Origin: Escherichia phage ECO319P1
Sequence record: OP172790
DNA: 64,000 nt
Reading direction: 5' to 3' (one strand)
The notes under the pieces were generated by a model. The model was not told the DNA's origin and did not search any database. It saw only the letters and a list, made by a program, of their open reading frames with translations. A program made the translations under genes and the position numbers. Below are positions 18,566-27,054 of the stretch, in pieces (positions within the stretch are counted from its first letter, which is position 1; the number at the start of each line of letters is the position of its first letter).

Positions 18566-20536
18566 ATGTGTGGGATTGTTCTCGCTGGTGGTAACTTAAT
18601 CGCTCGTGATGTTGAACTGTTCGGTCGTCTACTGTATGCAGATATCGTTCGTGGTGAGCATTCAACGGGTGTGTTCGCAGGGTTTCGTCCTTTTGGTCAT
18701 GACCCAATCCTGAAACTTCGTAAAGCCGCTGTTCCGGCAGATATCTTCTTACGCCGCAAAGAGTTATGGGGTGAAGTGCGTGAACACGCAGTTCCTTCAA
18801 AGACTGTTGCAAATTCTTTCACAACTGCCTATCCGAAATTTATGGTAGGCCACAACCGTTATGCAACTCAGGGTGCAATTAACGATACGAACGCTCACCC
18901 GTTCAACCACGGTAAAATCACTCTGGTTCACAATGGTACATTGACTGACCAGTCTCTGCTCCCAGACCATAAGAACTTCGCTGTTGACAGTGAAAACGTC
19001 GCATGGTCAATCAACAAAATCGGTATTGATGAAACTATTCAGAAATTGAATGGTGCATTCACTCTGGTTTGGCATAACGCCGAAGACAGCACGGTGAACA
19101 TCATCCGTAACGAAGAACGTCCATTCCATCTGGTTGAAACAACTGGTGGTGATTGGTTCGGTGCTTCGGAAGAAGACATGCTTCTGTGGTTAATTAACCG
19201 CAAGAAGTTTGCTCCAACAATCAAACGTCACTTTGAATGTGAAGTAGGTGTTCAGTACGTCTTTGACGTATCCGAAGGCTTCAAGTTCAAGGAGGAACGG
19301 AAGCATACGCTTCCAACCTTTCGCTCATATTCCTACACTGGAAGAACTGGTGGTTATTGGTATGACCAGTGGGATGATGACTATGGGTACGGAAACGGAC
19401 GAGGAACTTCAACAACTTCTCGCAACCAATCCAATAGCCAGAGCTTTAGCTCAAGCTCTTCTAGCGTAACACCGGACAGCCGTTACAAGCAGTTCAATGA
19501 TATGCTGGAAAGCCACGGCATCAACGTCAAAATGGGTGAGCAACTCCGCTTCGAGAGCTTCCAGTTTGACCAGTATCCTAAGTCTCTGGGCAAGGGTAAA
19601 ATGACCGGGTATACTGGCACTGGCGAGTATATTGAGGTTCAGGCTCACGGCACTGATATGGGCATCTTTGTTGAAGGTGCTGAGTACGATGGTAAGATTA
19701 TCTCGTGCTATGAGCAGAATTACATTCTGACAATTATCGTTCAAGACCCAAAACCTGCTCATGTTAATCAGACACTGACCCTCGGTGATTTGGTTAACTC
19801 GGCGGCAAAGGAAACTCCAATTCCTGATACAGGGATTAGTCAGGAAGAGTTGAACGAAGAGTACTACGGTGACGAGGAAGAAGACGACGGCAACGAAGTC
19901 GAAGTAACCTTGAACGGTGAGGTGTACTCAAAAAAGGAATGGGAGGGAAACGACTCATTAAATACTTGCGCAAACTGTTCCTCTCCAATCCCCTTCGACG
20001 ACGTGATTGATACGGTTGTCGATAATGGCGCTGCATTCTGCCATGATTGCGCAAAGCATTACAACCTGTTACCCCCTGAGACGGAGGAGCCAATTGCTCC
20101 TAACCGTTTCGTCTGCCAAAGCTGTGCCAACGAATTGCCGGAAGATTTAGAATCGGCAAAGCCGGGTGTCTGCATTCCTTGTCTTTGCGCTGTAACTAAA
20201 GACAACAATACGGAAATGGCACGTCAACAGTTAATCGAAAAGTACGACCGTTGGGAATCCAATTTGATGCCAGAGGAAGTGGTCACTCCACTGCTTCCGA
20301 AACCAACTGAAGTCTCTCTCGGTGAAATTTCACTGATTCGCAAGAAGTTGAAAAACAACTTGCTGGTTACTGTTAAGCAGTGGATGAAGATGAACAACTG
20401 TGGTTGGTGTCAAAAGCCAATCCAGTGGGTTGATGCTGAAGCCACTGAATTTGTTGGTCAGCAGCCATGCTGTCCGGGATGCTCCAAGAAATTAGAGATG
20501 GGCATCCTTCCAAAACCTATCAATAAGGATAAATGA
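18566..20536 (+). CDS. class II glutamine amidotransferase (Ntn) domain fused to Ser-rich linker and three C-terminal zinc ribbons
   Basis: MCGI N-terminal nucleophile, GHNRYATQG, VHNGTL; CxxC pairs in the C-terminal 200 aa; contains 12-mer copy 6. Confidence 0.7.
   Translation: MCGIVLAGGNLIARDVELFGRLLYADIVRGEHSTGVFAGFRPFGHDPILKLRKAAVPADIFLRRKELWGEVREHAVPSKTVANSFTTAYPKFMVGHNRYATQGAINDTNAHPFNHGKITLVHNGTLTDQSLLPDHKNFAVDSENVAWSINKIGIDETIQKLNGAFTLVWHNAEDSTVNIIRNEERPFHLVETTGGDWFGASEEDMLLWLINRKKFAPTIKRHFECEVGVQYVFDVSEGFKFKEERKHTLPTFRSYSYTGRTGGYWYDQWDDDYGYGNGRGTSTTSRNQSNSQSFSSSSSSVTPDSRYKQFNDMLESHGINVKMGEQLRFESFQFDQYPKSLGKGKMTGYTGTGEYIEVQAHGTDMGIFVEGAEYDGKIISCYEQNYILTIIVQDPKPAHVNQTLTLGDLVNSAAKETPIPDTGISQEELNEEYYGDEEEDDGNEVEVTLNGEVYSKKEWEGNDSLNTCANCSSPIPFDDVIDTVVDNGAAFCHDCAKHYNLLPPETEEPIAPNRFVCQSCANELPEDLESAKPGVCIPCLCAVTKDNNTEMARQQLIEKYDRWESNLMPEEVVTPLLPKPTEVSLGEISLIRKKLKNNLLVTVKQWMKMNNCGWCQKPIQWVDAEATEFVGQQPCCPGCSKKLEMGILPKPINKDK
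19863..19874 (+). repeat. copy 6 of 12-mer ACTACGGTGACG
   Basis: exact match, read as Y-Y-G-D. Confidence 0.9.
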
Positions 20537-20537
20537 T

Positions 20538-20771
20538 ATGGATAATTCAATGAGTGAAGTGAAGGTTTTGCGTCTGGATTCACCTGTGGTGGTTCGAAAA
20601 GTTCCAATGACTGACTTCGGTAGTGATATGCTCCGAGCCATTCGTCGCTTCCAAACTGAGGCGTATGAACGTGCAAAAGGTCAGAAGGTGGAAATCCCTT
20701 ATCCTGTGTGTATTCACATGATGATGTCGGATTACTGCAAGCTGAAAGGCATCCAAGTAACCAATGGCTGA
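20538..20771 (+). CDS. hypothetical protein
   Basis: 77 aa ORF. Confidence 0.4.
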   Translation: MDNSMSEVKVLRLDSPVVVRKVPMTDFGSDMLRAIRRFQTEAYERAKGQKVEIPYPVCIHMMMSDYCKLKGIQVTNG

Positions 20772-20976
20772 TAAAGATGTCGAAAAGGCTCGCAAGGAAA
20801 GCGAGTCTTGGCACAACCGTCAGATTGGAAACTTGTTAGAAGAAGAGTGGGAGTACGCAAAACAAATGGGTACTCAGGAGGGCCAAGAGGCCATCTGGTA
20901 TCTCACTCTTTCTTATGAAACACTGGAAGCAGAAATCATGGAACACAAACGTGATATCCGTGAACTTCATCTTTGA
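20764..20976 (+). CDS. hypothetical protein
   Basis: 70 aa ORF. Confidence 0.4.
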   Translation: MADKDVEKARKESESWHNRQIGNLLEEEWEYAKQMGTQEGQEAIWYLTLSYETLEAEIMEHKRDIRELHL

Positions 20977-21046
20977 GTGAGTTATTTATAGGGTGTCGGT
21001 GAAGCGCCCTATGTGAAATTCATTCTCAACTAAAAGGTACTTATCA

Positions 21047-22246
21047 ATGGCACGTTTAGCAATCTACTCCCACGCTCCTTCTGATTCTGTTAATGCACTT
21101 AAAGCGCACTTATCAGTGGAAGGCGTTGACCTGATTAAAATCAAGCGTCAGAACAGCCGCTTCGCTGGTCGTGAAGGCGATGTAATCATTAACTATGGTT
21201 CATCCTCTTTCCCAATGGAACGTGTTGGTCGTGGTCGTCTGCTGAACAATCCGGGAGCAATCTCTCTGGCTTCTAACAAACTTCGTGCATTCGAGGTGTT
21301 CCAGAACGCTGGGGTTAAGACTGTAGAGTGGACTAATCAACACTCAATCGCTCAAGGTTGGGTAGAACAAGGTGGTATGGTTTATGCAAGAACAACGCTT
21401 CAAGGACATTCTGGTGCCGGTATCGTTATTGGCTACGGAAATCCTGCCGGAGTGGGAGATGCGGGCGACGTACAGGTTACTAGCACCCTTCCTCGCGCAC
21501 AACTGTACACCAAAGCAATCCTGCAAGAACGTCGAGAGTTCCGAATCCATGTAATGGATGGTAAGATTACTTACGTTCAGCAGAAACGTCGTCGTGATGG
21601 TTTCCGTGAGAATGAAACCTACAGCAATCTGGTTCGTAACCACCACACTGGTTGGATTTATGCAACTCAGAACGCTGATGTGTGTGACGAAGCGAAGCGC
21701 GAAGCAATCAAAGCAATCGAAGCTTTAGGTCTGGACTTCGGTGCAGTAGATGTAATCACACGCCGTGGTGAAGCATGGGTTCTCGAAGTCAACACTGCTC
21801 CGGGCATGTCTGGCACTAACCTCGAAACTTATGCAAACAACTTCACTCGCCTGATGAACGGTGAACCCGTTGAAGGTGTAGTGGTTGATATGTCTATCCC
21901 TGTGGAGACGAACAATGATAACCGCAACACCCGTAATGAACGCCAGTCTGGCAATCGCAATACACAACCTCAACCAGAACAACCTCAACCAGAACAACCG
22001 ACGCCAACCCCTGTCGCTACCCCAGCGCCAACAGCACCAGCCGAAGCGCCGGTTTCCTCAGCGACAACCCGCAACACCAATGGTACTGCATTAATTGATA
22101 ACGGTGTTTACAAACTGTTGGTTGATGGTAATGCCACTGTTGGTAAATTCGTTCAAGATTGTGCCCACTTCGAAATTCTTGGCTGGGAGGTTCCGGTCGA
22201 GCATGAAGATGCAACTATTGGGGAACTCCTGTGCACTTTGAACTAA
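21047..22246 (+). CDS. ATP-grasp ligase (RimK/glutathione-synthetase-like) with Pro/Glu-rich linker and extra C-terminal domain
   Basis: GAVDVITRRGEAWVLEVNTAPGMSG ATP-grasp core; QPQPEQPQPEQPTPTP linker. Confidence 0.65.
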   Translation: MARLAIYSHAPSDSVNALKAHLSVEGVDLIKIKRQNSRFAGREGDVIINYGSSSFPMERVGRGRLLNNPGAISLASNKLRAFEVFQNAGVKTVEWTNQHSIAQGWVEQGGMVYARTTLQGHSGAGIVIGYGNPAGVGDAGDVQVTSTLPRAQLYTKAILQERREFRIHVMDGKITYVQQKRRRDGFRENETYSNLVRNHHTGWIYATQNADVCDEAKREAIKAIEALGLDFGAVDVITRRGEAWVLEVNTAPGMSGTNLETYANNFTRLMNGEPVEGVVVDMSIPVETNNDNRNTRNERQSGNRNTQPQPEQPQPEQPTPTPVATPAPTAPAEAPVSSATTRNTNGTALIDNGVYKLLVDGNATVGKFVQDCAHFEILGWEVPVEHEDATIGELLCTLN

Positions 22247-22476
22247 GTAATGGTGACAGTGTAGAACTGCGGGGAAACTCACAGGCTGCACGTTTCATCT
22301 ACTTGGCTATGCCCTTCCAAGGACTCCAGTTTGCGGAGGGGCAAGAGAAGCCAAGAATTACAATGACCCCAGAGGTCAAGGCAATCATCCGGTTGTCTGA
22401 AAAGTTTCGTGCTCGCTTAATTGAGCGGGCTTTGAAAGTCGAGGACTTGTTCCAAGACGAAGACATTCCCTTTTAA
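22231..22476 (+). CDS. hypothetical protein
   Basis: 81 aa ORF. Confidence 0.35.
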   Translation: MHFELSNGDSVELRGNSQAARFIYLAMPFQGLQFAEGQEKPRITMTPEVKAIIRLSEKFRARLIERALKVEDLFQDEDIPF

Positions 22477-22484
22477 GGTGTGAA

Positions 22485-23018
22485 ATGGAAACTGCACATA
22501 GTTTAATTCATAATGGATTCTTAAAAGTACATTCAACAACTGTTGATGGTAAAACTTATGAGTATCTGGAAAGCAAGCCGACTGTCTCTACGCTTCTTGT
22601 GGAACAACAAGGGAACCCTCTGGATGATATCCTCACCATTGGTGTTCAACATCGTATTGGTGCATCTGCTGGGGAGTTGAAAGAAAATGCTATCTACACA
22701 CTCGCCTCTGGTTACGTTGATGGTAATGAGACCACAACTGATGCTGCGCATCGTGAAGCCGAGGAAGAATTTGGGGCACGGGGTCATGTTTTTAAATTGG
22801 GAGCAGGATATAACTCGCCTGGAATCTCAACTCAAATTACGGAAATGTTCTGGATGAATGTCCAAGAATGGCATGAGCCGATTGACCCCGGCGAAGGTGT
22901 GAAGCCTATCAAGTTAACTCTTGGTCAGGTTCTGCACATGGTTAAATCCCCGTTCACAGTGCTCAGTATGCCACTGACGAACACAATCCTGCTTTATGCT
23001 GCAATGCGTGGTGTCTAA
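22485..23018 (+). CDS. Nudix hydrolase (ADP-ribose pyrophosphatase-like)
   Basis: Nudix box GYVDGNETTTDAAHREAEEEFGA. Confidence 0.7.
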   Translation: METAHSLIHNGFLKVHSTTVDGKTYEYLESKPTVSTLLVEQQGNPLDDILTIGVQHRIGASAGELKENAIYTLASGYVDGNETTTDAAHREAEEEFGARGHVFKLGAGYNSPGISTQITEMFWMNVQEWHEPIDPGEGVKPIKLTLGQVLHMVKSPFTVLSMPLTNTILLYAAMRGV

Positions 23019-23245
23019 TGTCTGAACAATACCGCCCGAAACTGATGGTAATGGGTGTTCCACACCGTGTTACCTATACCAACTACAAAGGTGAAACTCG
23101 GGAACGAACCATAATCCCGATTAACATGTGGTTTGGTCACACTGACTTCCATAAAGAAGACCAGTGGTTACTCCGCGCACTTGACAAAGAGAAAGGTCAA
23201 GTACGTGATTTCGCCCTTAACGATATGACTCCCAACTGGAAATAA
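23018..23245 (+). CDS. hypothetical protein
   Basis: 75 aa ORF. Confidence 0.35.
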   Translation: MSEQYRPKLMVMGVPHRVTYTNYKGETRERTIIPINMWFGHTDFHKEDQWLLRALDKEKGQVRDFALNDMTPNWK

Positions 23246-23249
23246 TCAA

Positions 23250-23435
23250 ATGAAAATTCAAGTTACGCTGTGCTCTGGTATTAAACATGAAGCTGATGCT
23301 GATAATATTACTACTGACCCTTCTTGGGTTGTTCTTTCCAAGAAGATTGAAAAGCGTGATACGATTGTTGCCGTATTCCCGGCACACACTGTTGTTGAAG
23401 TTGTTAATAAAACTCATGTTAAGGAAGTGAAATAA
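23250..23435 (+). CDS. hypothetical protein
   Basis: 61 aa ORF. Confidence 0.3.
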   Translation: MKIQVTLCSGIKHEADADNITTDPSWVVLSKKIEKRDTIVAVFPAHTVVEVVNKTHVKEVK

Positions 23436-23947
23436 TGTTGAAACTGATTCCTGCTCGTGGTGGTGTTCGTCATACTTTTGCAAACGGTAGCATCATTAAA
23501 ATTAAACGTGGTGCTGCTCTGACTGGTGAAATCCGAATCGAGTCAGCGCCTCGTGGTAATCGTGCTGTCCTGTACAGCCCAACTGGCGATATCATTCGCT
23601 CTCGTGAGAACACCTTCGCTCTGACCTCTCACAACATCCGTAGCCAGTTCTGGAGCGAGACTTATGGTTGTGCTCTGCATCTGGTTGTACCGGAGCCAAC
23701 TGTTGCTCCTGCTGTCTCTCAGGAACCTGTTGATGATAAGACCAAAGTCATTGACGAGTTCGATGTTGATGGTAAATACATCGTCTGGTGTCCGGGTTCT
23801 GAACTGCCACCTCGCGTAGTTCTGGAAGGTCGTAAACAAGCGAAAGCTGTTGCGATTAGCATGGCTCAACGCCACGGAAAAGAATTCCATTGGTGTCGCC
23901 TGATGGGTTCCGCTAAACCAGTGACCACTATTACTGTAACGGAGTAA
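23435..23947 (+). CDS. hypothetical protein
   Basis: 170 aa ORF. Confidence 0.45.
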   Translation: MLKLIPARGGVRHTFANGSIIKIKRGAALTGEIRIESAPRGNRAVLYSPTGDIIRSRENTFALTSHNIRSQFWSETYGCALHLVVPEPTVAPAVSQEPVDDKTKVIDEFDVDGKYIVWCPGSELPPRVVLEGRKQAKAVAISMAQRHGKEFHWCRLMGSAKPVTTITVTE

Positions 23948-23952
23948 CAGAC

Positions 23953-24918
23953 TTGAAATTCGAGAAATTCCAATCTCTCGTAAATGAGTCTATGAAGAAC
24001 GTTGGAGGTTTCCTTCGGGATTCCTCCTTCGGGAAACGTAAGGCCATTGTTACCGAGAAAATCCACGGTGCTAACTTCTCTGTCTACTTCGGTTGTAAAG
24101 ACAATGTGGTTGGTATCAACTTCGCTTCTCGTTCTCAGATGCTGTGCCCTGAAACTAACTTCATGAATTGCCAACGCTACTTCACTGAAGAAAAGATTCA
24201 GGAATTGCTGGAACATGCTTCCACAATCATGGCTCTGGACAAATGTGAACTTCGTATCATCGGTGAAATTTACGGTGGCATGGATATCGCTGGAATCAAA
24301 CCCGTTCAGCGAGAAGTCCACTACTCCGGTGATATTGGCTTCCGTGTGTTCCATGCACAAATTGCCAACAACGAAACTGGTGAAGTCTTTGACTACAACT
24401 GGAAGAATGTGAAAGCTCTTGCCAAAGATTTTGGCTTTGAGGTCGCACCAATTGTGGCTGAAGGTCTGACCTTTGAACAGGCTTATGCACTTGACCAGAA
24501 GGTTAAGTCTGCTCTGTCTGACAAAGACCAGATTTGTGAAGGTTACTGTATCCGCGTTGATGCAGATGAAGAAGGTCAAGCACCTTTAATCTTCAAGAAG
24601 CGTAATACTGAGTTCCTTGAAACCAAGGGCACTGTGAAGGCTCCTCAGAATACTGTAGAGCAGACGCAACTCGGTATGGAAGCAATGGCACGTATTGGTG
24701 CATTCATCACACCACAGCGTGTTTCTAACGTCAATAGCCACCACGGTTTCGATAGTCCAAAAGACTTCCAGAAACTGATGGAAGCTGTACTTGATGATGT
24801 GCTCAATGAGTACAAAGCCGAGTATGACGTAGACCTTCGCAATGAGTTGGTCTGGAAAGAAATTAAGCGTTCAGTTGGAGCACAGGTAGTGCCGCTGGTA
24901 CGTGAAGTTCTGCTGTAA
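23953..24918 (+). CDS. RNA ligase-like nucleotidyltransferase (Rnl2-type)
   Basis: motif I lysine in TEKIHGANF; TTG start after GGAG RBS. Confidence 0.6.
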   Translation: MKFEKFQSLVNESMKNVGGFLRDSSFGKRKAIVTEKIHGANFSVYFGCKDNVVGINFASRSQMLCPETNFMNCQRYFTEEKIQELLEHASTIMALDKCELRIIGEIYGGMDIAGIKPVQREVHYSGDIGFRVFHAQIANNETGEVFDYNWKNVKALAKDFGFEVAPIVAEGLTFEQAYALDQKVKSALSDKDQICEGYCIRVDADEEGQAPLIFKKRNTEFLETKGTVKAPQNTVEQTQLGMEAMARIGAFITPQRVSNVNSHHGFDSPKDFQKLMEAVLDDVLNEYKAEYDVDLRNELVWKEIKRSVGAQVVPLVREVLL

Positions 24919-24944
24919 TTATTGCACATTAATATAGGTTAAGG
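24916..24944 (+). promoter_or_regulatory. phage promoter element (TAATTATTGCACATTAATATAGG)
   Basis: conserved element copy. Confidence 0.5.
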
Positions 24945-24952
24945 ATAATCTT

Positions 24953-25561
24953 ATGTTTTTACTTCTGAATGGCTCCAACATCACTGGTATTTCTTCAAAC
25001 GTTGCTGACTTGGTTGCTCATATTAAGAACCTTCATGATTCGGAAAAGTTGAAGTTTGAAACTCCGAATGCTATTCCAGCTTATACAGTGAATAGCTACA
25101 ACAACGCTACGAATTATGCAGCACAGATGATTCGTAACTTGAAGATTATGAAAGTTGTGGGTGACAACCTGTTGCCAATCAACAACAATCCATATCTCCA
25201 ACTGATGAACTGGCAAGGTCATATTCTGGTTGATGGTGTTACTGATATTACAAGTCAGTACTTCACTGTTGAGCAGACAACTTATGACGGCCCACAGAAA
25301 GTGTTTGCAACGGTTGCTAAGAAGGGCTTGAAGTCTTCAGGTATGGATGTTATTGTTGACCCTAATCAGGTCGGTCGTGGCGTTCGTACACCAGAGCAGT
25401 ATGAAGAGTTGTGTGGAACCTTTGCGAAAGTTAAGGTGTCACTGAATATCAATGCAAATGGTTGGTATGGTGCTACACTGTTCATGAGTGCTGACTCTCT
25501 GACAAACTATCGAGTTGAAACTCAGCAGGTCACTGGCTTCAAAGCAGTGTTCGCAGAGTAA
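24953..25561 (+). CDS. hypothetical protein
   Basis: 202 aa ORF bracketed by promoter element and hairpin. Confidence 0.5.
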   Translation: MFLLLNGSNITGISSNVADLVAHIKNLHDSEKLKFETPNAIPAYTVNSYNNATNYAAQMIRNLKIMKVVGDNLLPINNNPYLQLMNWQGHILVDGVTDITSQYFTVEQTTYDGPQKVFATVAKKGLKSSGMDVIVDPNQVGRGVRTPEQYEELCGTFAKVKVSLNINANGWYGATLFMSADSLTNYRVETQQVTGFKAVFAE

Positions 25562-25569
25562 TTTGCAAG

Positions 25570-25600
25570 AAGGCTTCTACGGGAGCCTTGTTTCGAATTT
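25570..25600 (+). terminator. candidate intrinsic terminator
   Basis: stem AAGGCT/AGCCTT with 8-nt loop followed by GTTTCGAATTT. Confidence 0.4.
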
Positions 25601-25616
25601 GTAAAAGGAAAACAGA

Positions 25617-25973
25617 ATGTTAGTAAAAGATGAAAGAGGTAGTATCAATTTTATCGACGAAGAAGATAACTTCGTTGGTTTCAGAAGCTACCAGTGCTGC
25701 TGTGAAAACTTCGGTTGGCATATTACTGACTCGAACGACGAGCACATAAACATTGTGGAAAATGACCCAGAGTTTCTCCGTGGATTCCTCTTCAACACTG
25801 ACAAAGAGCCGACTGAATCTGCTGACTCTGATTATGGTGATGGTGGTAGCGTTAGCTTCCAACTGATAAACAGTATGACAGGTGAAACACTTTGCCTGAC
25901 CCTGTATAACCACCACAACGGTTATTATAGTCACGGATGGCAATCATCCTTTGGTGGAAGTGGCTCCCTCTAA
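25617..25973 (+). CDS. hypothetical protein
   Basis: 118 aa ORF. Confidence 0.4.
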   Translation: MLVKDERGSINFIDEEDNFVGFRSYQCCCENFGWHITDSNDEHINIVENDPEFLRGFLFNTDKEPTESADSDYGDGGSVSFQLINSMTGETLCLTLYNHHNGYYSHGWQSSFGGSGSL

Positions 25974-25982
25974 AAATTTACT

Positions 25983-26015
25983 AAAGGGTTCTTTTTAAGA
26001 ATCCTTTGTTGAATT
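25983..26015 (+). terminator. candidate hairpin terminator
   Basis: 9-bp stem AAAGGGTTC/GAATCCTTT then TTGTTGAATT. Confidence 0.35.
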
Positions 26016-26039
26016 AACCCAAACTGAATAGGATTTAAA

Positions 26040-26474
26040 ATGAAAGAGTTTATGAACCCAAAAGCTGACCACGTATTCATTGCAACTTATGGCTCACTGC
26101 GTCGTAACATGCAGAACTTCCGAGTCAATGCAAGTGGTGGCGGTGAGTTCATCGGTATGGGTAAGACTGATGATAAATACAATCTGTATCGTTATTCAGG
26201 TTGTTATTTCCCAAGCGTCTCACTGAAACACAGCAGCAATGATAAGCAAGTTGTTGTGGATGTATTTGAAGCTCCGGTGGATGGCATGGAAGGGGCATAT
26301 GATATGCTCGAAGGTTATCCGAGCTTCTACAATCGCACTCAGATTCCGGTGACTCTGGAAGATGGTCGTAGCGTTATGGCGTGGATTTATCACATCGACA
26401 CAGAACAATCTGAACTGATTGAATCTGGTGACTGGTGTGAACATAATGTCGAAGACTACTACAAATCACTGTAA
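26040..26474 (+). CDS. gamma-glutamyl cyclotransferase-like (AIG2/GGCT fold) protein
   Basis: N-terminal YGSL motif and YDMLEGYPSFYNR segment. Confidence 0.55.
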   Translation: MKEFMNPKADHVFIATYGSLRRNMQNFRVNASGGGEFIGMGKTDDKYNLYRYSGCYFPSVSLKHSSNDKQVVVDVFEAPVDGMEGAYDMLEGYPSFYNRTQIPVTLEDGRSVMAWIYHIDTEQSELIESGDWCEHNVEDYYKSL

Positions 26475-26495
26475 GTTTTGATATAGAGGTATCCG

Positions 26496-27005
26496 ATGAA
26501 GAAGATTATTGCTGTTGATATCGAACAGGCTGAAGGTGTAGGCTTTGTTGTCTACAACGAAGGAAGTGAGGTTCCCGTGAAAGCGGGAGTCTTTAAGATT
26601 GGTGATGGTGTTAAGATTAAGAATAATGATATTCTTTCTAATACCACAGCAGGCACCCTACAGGGTTTTAGCTACAGTTCAGCGAAAAACTTACTGGCTC
26701 ATATTCATTGGCTGGCTGGTGCTCCTCCGATTAAAACCCTTTTGTCAAACATTGTCCTCGACCGACCTCAGAAGTTTTGGTTAGTTGCGGGTGATATGGA
26801 GAGTACAGGGCAGCCAGCCCATGCTCACTATACAACTGGCGGTCTTCGTGACGTCCGAGCGGGGACTCATGCTCCTCGTGTTCGCTACTGGTCTGAGCAA
26901 GAAGCCATCCAGCAAGCGACTCAAATGACTAATACCTACGGAATCAGGCACTTAGTCTTTGAGGCCACATTTGGTTGTAATTCTGACAACCACTTTGCAC
27001 TATAA
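26496..27005 (+). CDS. hypothetical protein
   Basis: 169 aa ORF. Confidence 0.45.
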   Translation: MKKIIAVDIEQAEGVGFVVYNEGSEVPVKAGVFKIGDGVKIKNNDILSNTTAGTLQGFSYSSAKNLLAHIHWLAGAPPIKTLLSNIVLDRPQKFWLVAGDMESTGQPAHAHYTTGGLRDVRAGTHAPRVRYWSEQEAIQQATQMTNTYGIRHLVFEATFGCNSDNHFAL

Positions 27006-27054
27006 TCGGATACGGTGCAACTAGGAATAATTTTCTGACACGGAATAATGGAAT

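Noticed and set aside
21961-22020. Tandem DNA repeat in the CAACCAGAACAACCTCAACCAGAACAACC stretch
   Set aside because: A short in-frame duplication encoding the QPQPEQP linker of the ATP-grasp protein, not an independent repeat element.
23866-24579. 237-aa minus-strand ORF
   Set aside because: Antisense shadow of the Rnl-like gene, which has a clear ligase motif; similar antisense ORFs (e.g. 15713-16312, 4361-4702, 50311-50847, 52579-53295) rejected for the same reason.
25561-25616. tRNA gene suggested by a GTTTCGAATT T-loop-like string
   Set aside because: The region is only about 55 nt between two genes and the adjacent hairpin reads as a terminator; no acceptor or anticodon stem can be built.
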